Part shown: one piece after another, positions 40,399 through 48,758 of the stretch
Position numbering within the stretch: the first letter of the stretch is position 1
Layout of the letters: each line of letters begins with the position of its first letter
NCBI GenBank assembly: GCA_018819225.1
Contig: JAHJQN010000008.1
Coordinates: 32,001-96,000 of the forward strand
From: Candidatus Micrarchaeota archaeon
GTDB lineage: Archaea; Micrarchaeota; Micrarchaeia; Norongarragalinales; SBBD01
Length of the DNA stretch: 64,000 nt
Reading direction: 5' to 3'
Translations under genes and position numbers: made by a program
The notes under the pieces: model-generated
Database searches by the model: none
What the model saw: the letters and a program-made list of their open reading frames with translations, nothing else
What the model was told of the DNA's origin: nothing

Positions 40399-41082
40399 AT
40401 GGCATTGAAAAGTCTTGCGATCATTCCGGATGGGAACCGCCGTTTTGCAAAATCAAATCGTTTCGGTTACCGGAAGGCTTATGCGAAAGGATTCGAGAAA
40501 GTCGAAGAGTTGCTGGAATGGGCCGAGCCTACGAAAATCGAGCGCATCGGGTTCTGGGCGCTCTCCCTCGAAAACTACCAGCAACGCAGCCAACGGGAAC
40601 TCACCATCCTGTTCTCCTTAATGAAACGGCACTTGCGCAAGGCGATCGCCGATAAGAAATACAAGAAAAAAGGCGTGCGCGTCGAGTTCTTCGGAAAACT
40701 CGAGTTATTGCCGAAACACTTGCGCCAATTAATGAAAGAGCTTGAGCATCAAACGCAAAACGGAAAACGCGTGTTAAGCATCGCCGTCGCGTACTCGGGA
40801 CGAGAAGAACTTTTACGAGCCGCCAAACTCATTGCCGTCCATTTTGGCGATAGAGCCGGACAAGCGAAAGAAAGCGATTTCACGAAATACTTGTATATGC
40901 AGCATTCACCCGACTTGATCATTCGCACCGGAGACGTGTCGCGGTTAAGCGGATTCATGCCGTGGCAAACCGCGTACTCCGAACTCTATTTCTCGAAAAA
41001 ATTGTGGCCGTCGTTCACCAAAGACGATTTTCGGGATGCGATGGCGTTCTTCGACGAAACCCAACGACGCTTCGGACGTTGA
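40399..41082 (+). CDS. uppS: cis-Prenyltransferase (undecaprenyl diphosphate synthase family)
   Basis: AIIPDGNRRFA, ALSLEN, YSGREE, PDLIIRTG, RLSGFMPWQ; start at ATG 40399. Confidence 0.93.
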   Translation: MALKSLAIIPDGNRRFAKSNRFGYRKAYAKGFEKVEELLEWAEPTKIERIGFWALSLENYQQRSQRELTILFSLMKRHLRKAIADKKYKKKGVRVEFFGKLELLPKHLRQLMKELEHQTQNGKRVLSIAVAYSGREELLRAAKLIAVHFGDRAGQAKESDFTKYLYMQHSPDLIIRTGDVSRLSGFMPWQTAYSELYFSKKLWPSFTKDDFRDAMAFFDETQRRFGR

Positions 41083-41109
41083 ACGACTGATCGTCAACGT
41101 CGTTATTCA

Positions 41110-42033
41110 ATGGATAGAGGGAACGGCATGGAACCACCCGAAGAAAAAAGCGAGGAAGAGTTTCTGAAAACGTACAAAAAAGTCAGCCGTATTGGAAAGC
41201 AAGTCAAGAAGTATGCCCAAGAACAATGCGAAAAAGAGAGCTCGCTCCTTAAACTCGCGGAACTCGTGGAAAAAAAGACGATCGAATTGGGAGCGAACCC
41301 CGCTTTTCCAGCGAACTTGTCACGAGACGAACAAGCCGCCCATTACACGCCGACGGCCAACGACGATGCGACTTCCGAAACATCCGTGCTCAAAATCGAT
41401 TTGGGCGCGCACATCGACGGATTAGCCGTTGATTTTGCGTTCACGAAGGATTTCGGCGGAGAACACGGAAAACTCGTTGAGGCGGCCGACGAAGCCCTCC
41501 AAAACGCGTTATCCGTCATGAAAGCAGGAGCGACGAATCGCGACGTCGGAAAAGAAATCGAGCGAACCATTAAAGCGAAAGGATTCAAGCCCATCGAAAA
41601 CTTGTGCGGGCACTCGATCGACGTATACGACTTGCATGCCGGCGAAGAAGTCCCCAACGTGGAACGTGGAGGGTATACATTCAAGGAAGGCGATGTTTTC
41701 GCGGTCGAGCCGTTCGCGAGCACCGGCGCCGGACGCATTACCGAAGGAGATTTCCTGCAGATCTATCAACTCATTCCATCGACCGGAATGAAAATACGAT
41801 TACCGAGAAGCCGCGAACTGTTATCCAAAGTGTTGGCAGACCGGTTGACGCTGCCATTTGCACTGCGTTGGTATAAGGAGATGCCCATGTTGAATCTAAC
41901 GATACGGGATCTCGACAAAAACGGGGTTCTGGAAGCGTTTCCAGTACTCAAGGAAATCGAGAAGAATGCGTTCATCGCACAAGCCGAAACAACGGTACGC
42001 ATTGAAAAAGACGGAGTCGACGTGCTCGTGTGA
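41110..42033 (+). CDS. map: Type II methionine aminopeptidase
   Basis: AFP, AAHYTP, KIDLGAHIDG, NLCGH, AVEPF, AQAETT. Confidence 0.93.
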   Translation: MDRGNGMEPPEEKSEEEFLKTYKKVSRIGKQVKKYAQEQCEKESSLLKLAELVEKKTIELGANPAFPANLSRDEQAAHYTPTANDDATSETSVLKIDLGAHIDGLAVDFAFTKDFGGEHGKLVEAADEALQNALSVMKAGATNRDVGKEIERTIKAKGFKPIENLCGHSIDVYDLHAGEEVPNVERGGYTFKEGDVFAVEPFASTGAGRITEGDFLQIYQLIPSTGMKIRLPRSRELLSKVLADRLTLPFALRWYKEMPMLNLTIRDLDKNGVLEAFPVLKEIEKNAFIAQAETTVRIEKDGVDVLV

Positions 42034-42075
42034 AAAGGGGAAAACGTAATATATTCAGTTATTCTGGAATAGCGT

Positions 42076-42639
42076 ATGCCAGAGCGAATGCAGGTAACTA
42101 TTCGAGAAGCCACTCGCGAAGACTACCCCGCCTTAGCAGAAATCAAGGCAAGAACATTCAATGAAGGACCTTGGAAAGCCGGAGTGACTGCTGAAAAATA
42201 TGTCGCGGGATACCGTAAAGGCGAGCGGAGGAGCACGCGCATGCGACTCGTCGCCGAACAGGACGGAAAAATCGTAGGATTGCTGGAAGGATTTCTATCG
42301 CGAAGAATCGTATTGGAACTACCGCCTCACAAGAGAAAGGATTTGCCGACGCGCGTATTCCATCTCTCCAATTTTATGGTGAACCCCGAAGTTCCGGTTC
42401 GTCAAAGGAATCAGGTATCCTATCCCTTGTGGAGACAATTCCTTAGGAAATTAGAAGGACATCGCGGAATACAAATGCGAACCCTCATGGCAAAAACTCA
42501 TCCGGAAAACTTGCCTGCTCTCCAAATATTTCTGCATAAAGACCCCAAAAGACCCCCGCGATTTCATCACGTTTATACCGGACCCAAGTGGCCGAATCGG
42601 AGGGGAACAAATGTAGCATACTTTGTTCGAGTAGTTTGA
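42076..42639 (+). CDS. GNAT-fold acetyltransferase-like protein
   Basis: IREATREDY, LVAEQDGKIVG, N..AL pattern. Confidence 0.65.
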   Translation: MPERMQVTIREATREDYPALAEIKARTFNEGPWKAGVTAEKYVAGYRKGERRSTRMRLVAEQDGKIVGLLEGFLSRRIVLELPPHKRKDLPTRVFHLSNFMVNPEVPVRQRNQVSYPLWRQFLRKLEGHRGIQMRTLMAKTHPENLPALQIFLHKDPKRPPRFHHVYTGPKWPNRRGTNVAYFVRVV

Positions 42640-42832
42640 TGCATCACGTGATGCATCTCTTGCCAAACACTCAACCCCTAAATCCCAAGAATATCTATTC
42701 GACGTTTGTCTAAATTAAGTTCCCAGTTACTCCGATACAATGTTTCCAGCATTCTCCAACCTCATATGCCCATAAAATGGCTAAATCAACCCAAGTTACT
42801 AACTACAATAATAAAATGTTACTACCGATAAG

Positions 42833-42840
42833 TTTATATA
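42833..42840 (+). promoter_or_regulatory. TATA box for the five-gene membrane-protein operon
   Basis: TTTATATA about 43 nt upstream of ATG 42883, preceded by three GTTACT repeats. Confidence 0.55.
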
Positions 42841-42882
42841 TCAGGATTACCATATTATGATGTAAGGCGAAACGTGAGAGTT

Positions 42883-43257
42883 ATGACCAAAGTATCATTG
42901 CAGCAACTAAAAAGTATGGCGTCTAGTCTCCAACAGGAGCCCGAAAAGAAAAGAGACTACCAAATGTTGCCCATGTTTCTTCCCGCAGATATCAGCGACA
43001 AAAAGGGAACGGGAGTCGTCAAAGTCGTAACACGTCAAGGATTCATGAACGAAACCATTGAGAACTGGGTGTTATACAACACGTACCGCGGAGCCACCGT
43101 ATCGCTTGGCGTGCTAGCCTTGATGACGTTCCCGGTCAACGTATACTTAAGCGCGTTATTCGGCATTGGCGCGGGATTCGCGTACGGAAAATTCAAGTTC
43201 AAGGACTTTATTATCAACAAGCAGCTCCGCCACAGGTGGCTGCTCGAAGGAACGTAG
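42883..43257 (+). CDS. Unknown small membrane protein A (paralogue of 43966-44505)
   Basis: LPMFLP...KVVTR...YR plus hydrophobic hairpin. Confidence 0.75.
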   Translation: MTKVSLQQLKSMASSLQQEPEKKRDYQMLPMFLPADISDKKGTGVVKVVTRQGFMNETIENWVLYNTYRGATVSLGVLALMTFPVNVYLSALFGIGAGFAYGKFKFKDFIINKQLRHRWLLEGT

Positions 43258-43271
43258 AAAGGTAAGTACCA

Positions 43272-43655
43272 ATGAACGTCAAGCCACCCTTTCATCAAGA
43301 AACACGGGACACGGAACTCGTCGGCCTGAAAAGCGTTCAGGGCGGTAGTCCGAACCAGCAAGTCCCCATGAAGACCATGACCTACCTTCAGGTCGACCCG
43401 GAAGTCCGGGCCAACATGAGGGGCTCGACGCGTTGGGACTACGTATCCGAGTATATCGGCTACTGGATTGACAACAAACGTTTCTGGGTGCTCGCCGTAT
43501 TGTTTGTGGTAGCGGGAGTGCTGTTATTAGACGTATTCGCACCCGTTGCGTTACTCATGATCGCCGTCGGCGCCAAATACCGAAACATTGCATGGATGGA
43601 CAACTTCATTTACTCGAAGTTCGGAGAATACAGATCGCTCGTATTGGTGGACTAG
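43272..43655 (+). CDS. Unknown small membrane protein B (paralogue of 44544-44852)
   Basis: STRWDYVSEY..YW...RF plus hydrophobic hairpin; AGGT SD. Confidence 0.75.
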   Translation: MNVKPPFHQETRDTELVGLKSVQGGSPNQQVPMKTMTYLQVDPEVRANMRGSTRWDYVSEYIGYWIDNKRFWVLAVLFVVAGVLLLDVFAPVALLMIAVGAKYRNIAWMDNFIYSKFGEYRSLVLVD

Positions 43656-43667
43656 AGGTAGAAAACA

Positions 43668-43961
43668 ATGACCACGATTTGGACTGGAATAAAGGACCCG
43701 AAACCCCGAAGCTGGGTGGGCGGTGAACCCGTCTTGACGACGGATGCCTACGCCCGCGGCGGACCCGTACGGGATTCCAGTTGGATCGTGCAGTTCATGA
43801 GCCTCCTTGAAGATTTCACGCCCATCAAACCCGTACGCGGAGACTTGAACAGCTTCGAGGACGCGATGTTTCGGGTAGGCGTATTCGGTTTGTCTCAGCG
43901 CCAAACCTTCCTGCTCATCACCATCGGACTCGTATACGCGTTATTCGTGATCCTCAGGTAA
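43668..43961 (+). CDS. Unknown tail-anchored small protein C
   Basis: GAGGT SD; single C-terminal TM. Confidence 0.7.
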   Translation: MTTIWTGIKDPKPRSWVGGEPVLTTDAYARGGPVRDSSWIVQFMSLLEDFTPIKPVRGDLNSFEDAMFRVGVFGLSQRQTFLLITIGLVYALFVILR

Positions 43962-43965
43962 TCGC

Positions 43966-44505
43966 ATGAAAAACCCAACGCGCATGCACAGTTTGCAAGC
44001 CATTCGCAACGCAGTGCTCGATGGCAAGGCGCATCCGCATAGTGGACACAAGCACGACCCCTTTTACGGCAGCAAAGATCCCCTTCCGCATGTGGAAGGT
44101 TGTAACCCGCTCATGGACGATTACTTGCGTCCCTCGAGTACTCAGGCCGCAGACAAGATGCCCGAACAAGAAGGAAAACGCTTAATGCCCATGTACTTAC
44201 CCGTTTCTGCGAACAACATTCAAGGAGACGGAACGCCCGTCGAATCCGCGAAGCTGTGGACCAGGGGAAAGCTCATGGACGACGTCGTTAATGAAGACTA
44301 TAAGAACGGGTCAGTGGGAGCCATTTACCGCTCGTACTTCATGGCGTGGGTATGCGTCGGATTAACATTACTCGGCTTGACCATTAGTCCCTACCTGGCT
44401 GCTCCGTTCGCGTACATGGCCGGACAATACTGGAGCGACAAGGACTTGAGCGTCGGCTGGAGTATCCAGTGGTGGAAAGGAAAGACGATTACATACACGG
44501 TATAG
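43966..44505 (+). CDS. Unknown small membrane protein A' with His-rich N-terminal insert
   Basis: MPMYLP...KLWTR...YR plus hydrophobic hairpin; HPHSGHKH. Confidence 0.75.
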   Translation: MKNPTRMHSLQAIRNAVLDGKAHPHSGHKHDPFYGSKDPLPHVEGCNPLMDDYLRPSSTQAADKMPEQEGKRLMPMYLPVSANNIQGDGTPVESAKLWTRGKLMDDVVNEDYKNGSVGAIYRSYFMAWVCVGLTLLGLTISPYLAAPFAYMAGQYWSDKDLSVGWSIQWWKGKTITYTV

Positions 44506-44543
44506 GGATAACGGTGAAAAATACAAGATAGTGGTGAATCAAT

Positions 44544-44852
44544 ATGACGGACAAAAACTACGTGGACCATGTACCGCCCGTGCAAATGACGTCGGTACTG
44601 GCCGACACGAAACAACCGTTCTTGAACATGTCGACGAGGTGGAACTACATCTCGCGCTATCTCGAGATCTGGAAGGAAGGCATCCGGTTCCGCGGGTTCG
44701 CCGTCGTCTCGTTCCTAGCCGGCCTCGTGCTCATCCTATCCATTCCGCTCATGGGCATTCTCGCGTTTGCGGCGGCCGCGTACTTCTGGGAGCTATACAA
44801 GTTCCGACGCCACCGTCTCGAAAGCCAGAGGTCCATCATGATCGGACACTAG
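44544..44852 (+). CDS. Unknown small membrane protein B'
   Basis: STRWNYISRY..IW...RF plus hydrophobic hairpin; GGTGA SD. Confidence 0.75.
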   Translation: MTDKNYVDHVPPVQMTSVLADTKQPFLNMSTRWNYISRYLEIWKEGIRFRGFAVVSFLAGLVLILSIPLMGILAFAAAAYFWELYKFRRHRLESQRSIMIGH

Positions 44853-44952
44853 TCCGAACTCTTTTCTTTTTTCCAGAACAAGGGGGAGCGTACGCTGGTT
44901 CCCGAAACCGGCTCTCACGATTCGCCTCGGCGCTCCCTCCCCATTTTTTTCA

Positions 44953-45773
44953 TTAGATATCCCGAATGTCGTATAATTCCACAAAAGACGGGCGACGCTT
45001 GTAAGTAACAAAACGAAAGGTCATGGCACCCAAACGATTCCTGATCAAATCGCTATTCTTAACGTTTTGAATGAACCGAGTCGCATTACGGATGATGCGG
45101 ATAACTTCCGGAGATTTTCGCAACCTTGTTCTCAGTTCTCTTGAAAGGAATTGCACACGCATTCGTCCCCCCTCGTCAAATACAGGCAACATAAGACCTT
45201 CGATAGGTAAATCTGACTTCGATGGCTTACTCAATTTGATAAAGAATCTCAATGATGAATCTAGCTGAGGTGGCGCATCAATGATTATTTCACCATCAAC
45301 CAATTTATCTTCATCCGCCGGTGTCGGGTGCATGATGGCGATCACATGTTGCGGGTTACCTTCTTCGAGTTCACGCATCCCTTTCCGGAGTACGGCTCGA
45401 ACCAGTTGTTGTACTCGCGCATCCCGTGAGGTTCGCAGACGCAGGGAATCGGATCGTTCTCGTGTTTCCCGACGACTGGCCAAACCTTTCGGTGTCAGAC
45501 GTTGTTCCAAATCACGCAAAACAACTGTCGGTCGCGGCATGGTGGCCCAGTCAAATCGTCGGTAGTGTTTCGGTGCGGCTTCATCCAGTCTAAATAGAAG
45601 TCGCGGTTGTCCCTCGGCATGTTTCAAATTAAATTCTCGGGGTGGTGGTATACCCTATAGGGGGATATCCCATAACCTTTACCGTTCGCCGTCAGTTCTT
45701 CTAATTGATGCAATGCCCACAATTTGGTGACGTGCGGACGTTCCCGATTGAATTCCATGGGCTGCTTAGGCAT
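44953..45773 (-). CDS. Hypothetical Arg-rich protein; frame interrupted near 45647-45663 (candidate BHB intron or pseudogenising insertion)
   Basis: GGAGG SD before ATG 45773; the 49-codon frame joins the 44953-45627 frame if 17 nt are removed (267 aa). Confidence 0.55.
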
Positions 45774-45787
45774 GTTCCTCCTTCCCG

Positions 45788-46306
45788 CTAAAGTTGTTTA
45801 CGCCACCATTTAAAGTAAGCAACGAAATCCGGCGTCCAACGCGAAGGATCATTGCGAATCGATTGCTCGATTTCCTTCACAACCCGAAATGCTCCAGACT
45901 TGCACTCTTCCTTACTCAAACAAATTTCGCCGTGTCTCTTCTTTTTGTAATGCAATGAATACAATACGGCGAACTCCATCCAATTGTAATCCACGGGATC
46001 AAACATGTGAAGTTCCTGAAGCTCGTTTTCCTCAGCGGTTATGCCCAGTTCCTCTTTCAGCTCTCTCACCGCGGCTTGACGATACGTTTCCCCGATATCC
46101 ACATGCCCTCCCATACTGCTTCCAAAGCGCAACGGATGCGTGTCTTTGGATGCGGAACGCTGTTGAACAAACAACTCGCCGTTTTCATTGAACAAGAACA
46201 CGTGAACCGCTCGATGCCGTAGCAATTCCCGATGGGCGTCCTTGCGTGAAACACGTCCAATAACTTCATCCTTCTCGTTAACCAGCTCGAACATCTCTTC
46301 AACCAT
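45788..46306 (-). CDS. NUDIX hydrolase (IDI/YfcD-like)
   Basis: HRAVHVFLFN, QQRS, GGHVDIGETYRQAAVRELKEELGI. Confidence 0.9.
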   Translation of the reverse strand: MVEEMFELVNEKDEVIGRVSRKDAHRELLRHRAVHVFLFNENGELFVQQRSASKDTHPLRFGSSMGGHVDIGETYRQAAVRELKEELGITAEENELQELHMFDPVDYNWMEFAVLYSLHYKKKRHGEICLSKEECKSGAFRVVKEIEQSIRNDPSRWTPDFVAYFKWWRKQL

Positions 46307-46312
46307 ACCGCA

Positions 46313-47365
46313 TCAGTTTAGGAGTTTTACGTCCAAAACCACGTGATCCACGTGCGGCGCGTAGGTCTTTACTACGCGCTGGAAATCAATGCGATAGTCG
46401 CGATAATTGCGATTACATGCTTCATGCACTAAACGATGGGCCTCCTTGAACGCATCCATTTGTTTCGGAGGAATGAAATAGAAGTGAACCACACCTCCCT
46501 TACGCGTTGCAAGCAGTGTCGCATCCAAGAACTCGAAAGCGGAATGCGGCAACGGCATGATAACGCGATCGGCAAACCGATGAAAACGCTTCTTTTTCAA
46601 TACGCGATTCACATCCCCTTCCAAAACTTCAATTTTCTTTTCCATCCTATTTAGGAAAACATTGGCTTTCATTTGTTTTACTGCATCTGGATTCAACTCA
46701 ATGGCAACGACTCGTTTAGCAAAAGGCTGTTTCTTTACAAGAACAATGGGAAAGAAACCGGCTCCAGCAAATAAGGTAAGAACATTTTCCCCAGGCTTCG
46801 CTAGTTCGGCAACACGCAATCGCTCGAAAGAAAGACGGGATGAAAAGAAAATATTCGATAAATCTATATCAAACGCACAACCATTTTCTTTATAACGCGT
46901 TTTCAACCGCTTCTTTCCCGCAATCACTTTCACTTCCCGAACGCGATACTTGCCTATCGTAGCCGTGGTTTTCTTCGCAACCGTCTTCACGTGAGGATAC
47001 AACTCCAGTAGCGCTTTCGCGATGCGCTTCTCTTTTTTCACGAGCTCGGGCATGATCTCGAGAACCGCGATATCGCCTGCAATATCAAACGAGGAAACGA
47101 AGTGCTTTTCGACCTCTTGCGGAGTCAGCGTTCGATCCAACAGGAGTTTGTCCGTTAGGCTTAATGCCGCTTGTTTTTTCTGGAGCGTCTTATTCACAAA
47201 TGAGTGAGGGAACGGAAGTTCCGCTTTCTTTTTTACTGGAAAATAGAGATGATCCGCGTCCTTACCGATCCCGTACCCTTCCTCGAACAAGGAGTGCTTC
47301 TTGAGATATTGCTTAGCTTCTTCCGCGTGCCTGAATCTTACTTGAAGAACGAGCATAGATACCAT
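46313..47365 (-). CDS. trm5: Trm5/TYW2 (Met-10+) tRNA methyltransferase
   Basis: SFDIAGDIA, KENGC, FFSSRLSFER, LFAGAG, ELNPDA, DRVIMPLP. Confidence 0.85.
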   Translation of the reverse strand: MVSMLVLQVRFRHAEEAKQYLKKHSLFEEGYGIGKDADHLYFPVKKKAELPFPHSFVNKTLQKKQAALSLTDKLLLDRTLTPQEVEKHFVSSFDIAGDIAVLEIMPELVKKEKRIAKALLELYPHVKTVAKKTTATIGKYRVREVKVIAGKKRLKTRYKENGCAFDIDLSNIFFSSRLSFERLRVAELAKPGENVLTLFAGAGFFPIVLVKKQPFAKRVVAIELNPDAVKQMKANVFLNRMEKKIEVLEGDVNRVLKKKRFHRFADRVIMPLPHSAFEFLDATLLATRKGGVVHFYFIPPKQMDAFKEAHRLVHEACNRNYRDYRIDFQRVVKTYAPHVDHVVLDVKLLN

Positions 47366-47444
47366 GAACCCAACGTATAACCCATAAATCGGATAGTCAA
47401 ATTACAACGCTACGCTTATAAATTCTCTTTCCTTTACCCGCGTC

Positions 47445-48305
47445 ATGGCGAACTTCATCGACGAGTTCTTCTTGAATCCGATCCGTTACCCAGAGATTTA
47501 CGCCCCCTACAATATTGTGAACACCGCGGTTTACGCGATCATTGCGCTCGCAGCCGTATGGATTATCTACAAGGGACTCGAGCGCATGAAAATTAAGATC
47601 GACAGGCACTTTTTCTACAGCATCCTTGCGTTCGTCGTGTTCGGAGGTTTTCTGAGAGTAACCGAAGACGCTGACATTCTGCCGCGAACCGTTGAAATAG
47701 CGGGATTGCAGTTGCATCCGTTTGTGACACCCGGAATCTACGTACTCGTATTCCTGACGCTCGTTGCCGCCTTCCTGATCTTGAAAGCGTTGAAGACGCC
47801 GAAAGAAACGCTCTACCGAAGAATCGGGTTCGTGGGATGGGCGCTCGCCGCCATCACAATCGTATGGCTTTTGCGAACACTTGGCGGAAACGTATCCAGC
47901 GAACAAATCGCGTTCATGGTCTACATTTTATTATTAGCGGCGATTCCCGTACTCGTATTCGAGCTGATCAAGCGATGGGCGTACAACAAGCGCGCGCAAC
48001 CGGACATGAAGCGCATGGAACAAACCACGGTAGCCGGACAAGCACTGGACGGAGCCGCCACGTTCGTTGGAGTCAGCCTGGCCGGATACGGAGAACAGCA
48101 TTTGGTGGCCAACACGATTTTCGAGGCGTTTGGAACCCCGTTTGCATTTTATTTCCTGAAAATGGTTTTCGTCATCGGCGTCATCTTCGTTTTAAGGAAG
48201 GAAGTGCCGAGAAAAGAGGAACATGTTTACTTGCTCCTCCTGATTACGCTGTTGGGTTTGGCTCCCGGCATCCGGGACGCGATCCGCATCTTCTTCCAGG
48301 TGTAG
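47445..48305 (+). CDS. DUF63 family membrane protein
   Basis: YNIVNT, GGFLRVTED, TPGIY, LDGAAT, YGEQH, LGLAPGIRD. Confidence 0.85.
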   Translation: MANFIDEFFLNPIRYPEIYAPYNIVNTAVYAIIALAAVWIIYKGLERMKIKIDRHFFYSILAFVVFGGFLRVTEDADILPRTVEIAGLQLHPFVTPGIYVLVFLTLVAAFLILKALKTPKETLYRRIGFVGWALAAITIVWLLRTLGGNVSSEQIAFMVYILLLAAIPVLVFELIKRWAYNKRAQPDMKRMEQTTVAGQALDGAATFVGVSLAGYGEQHLVANTIFEAFGTPFAFYFLKMVFVIGVIFVLRKEVPRKEEHVYLLLLITLLGLAPGIRDAIRIFFQV

Positions 48306-48308
48306 TGG

Positions 48309-48752
48309 ATGGAAATCCCCGTGCAAGTAACGGAAGCCTTGGAAGAAAAACCCGAAGAGAAAAAACGTACAGGTAAAACACGTGAGCATTACAATAAACA
48401 AAAAAGCCAAGCGTATTCCTATTTCCGTATTCGCTCGGAAGACGCGGAAAAAATGCAGAACGCCCAGTTTACCATTTTTGATTTTATCACGAACTCGTTT
48501 GCATTCTCTCAAACTAAAAAGGAACTCACGGTACACGTCCTCGAGTCGCTAAAAAAACAGCCCATGACCTTCATTGAATTGCAGCGTTCCTTGAACGCGA
48601 AGAAAAGCACGTTGTACATGCTCGTGCTCGCGCTGCAACGCTCCGGCTTGGTTTCTCGAGCGGAGAAGAACGAGCCGTTGAAGCTCTCGAACGAGTTCGC
48701 GGACACGGTTCGAAAGTACGCGCAGTGGTGGGACGGCTGGCTCGAGCACTAA
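48309..48752 (+). CDS. Winged-helix DNA-binding protein
   Basis: PMTFIELQRSLNAKKSTLY...LQRSGLV. Confidence 0.7.
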   Translation: MEIPVQVTEALEEKPEEKKRTGKTREHYNKQKSQAYSYFRIRSEDAEKMQNAQFTIFDFITNSFAFSQTKKELTVHVLESLKKQPMTFIELQRSLNAKKSTLYMLVLALQRSGLVSRAEKNEPLKLSNEFADTVRKYAQWWDGWLEH

Positions 48753-48758
48753 ATTCGC

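Noticed and set aside
42660-42830. Replication origin in the AT-rich intergenic region (GTTTCCAG at about 42742)
   Set aside because: Only a partial ORB-like word, no repeated full ORBs and no adjacent orc1/cdc6.
43140-43190. LSALFGI in protein A resembles the caveolin intramembrane segment
   Set aside because: A seven-residue hydrophobic match is expected by chance; no caveolin signature elsewhere.
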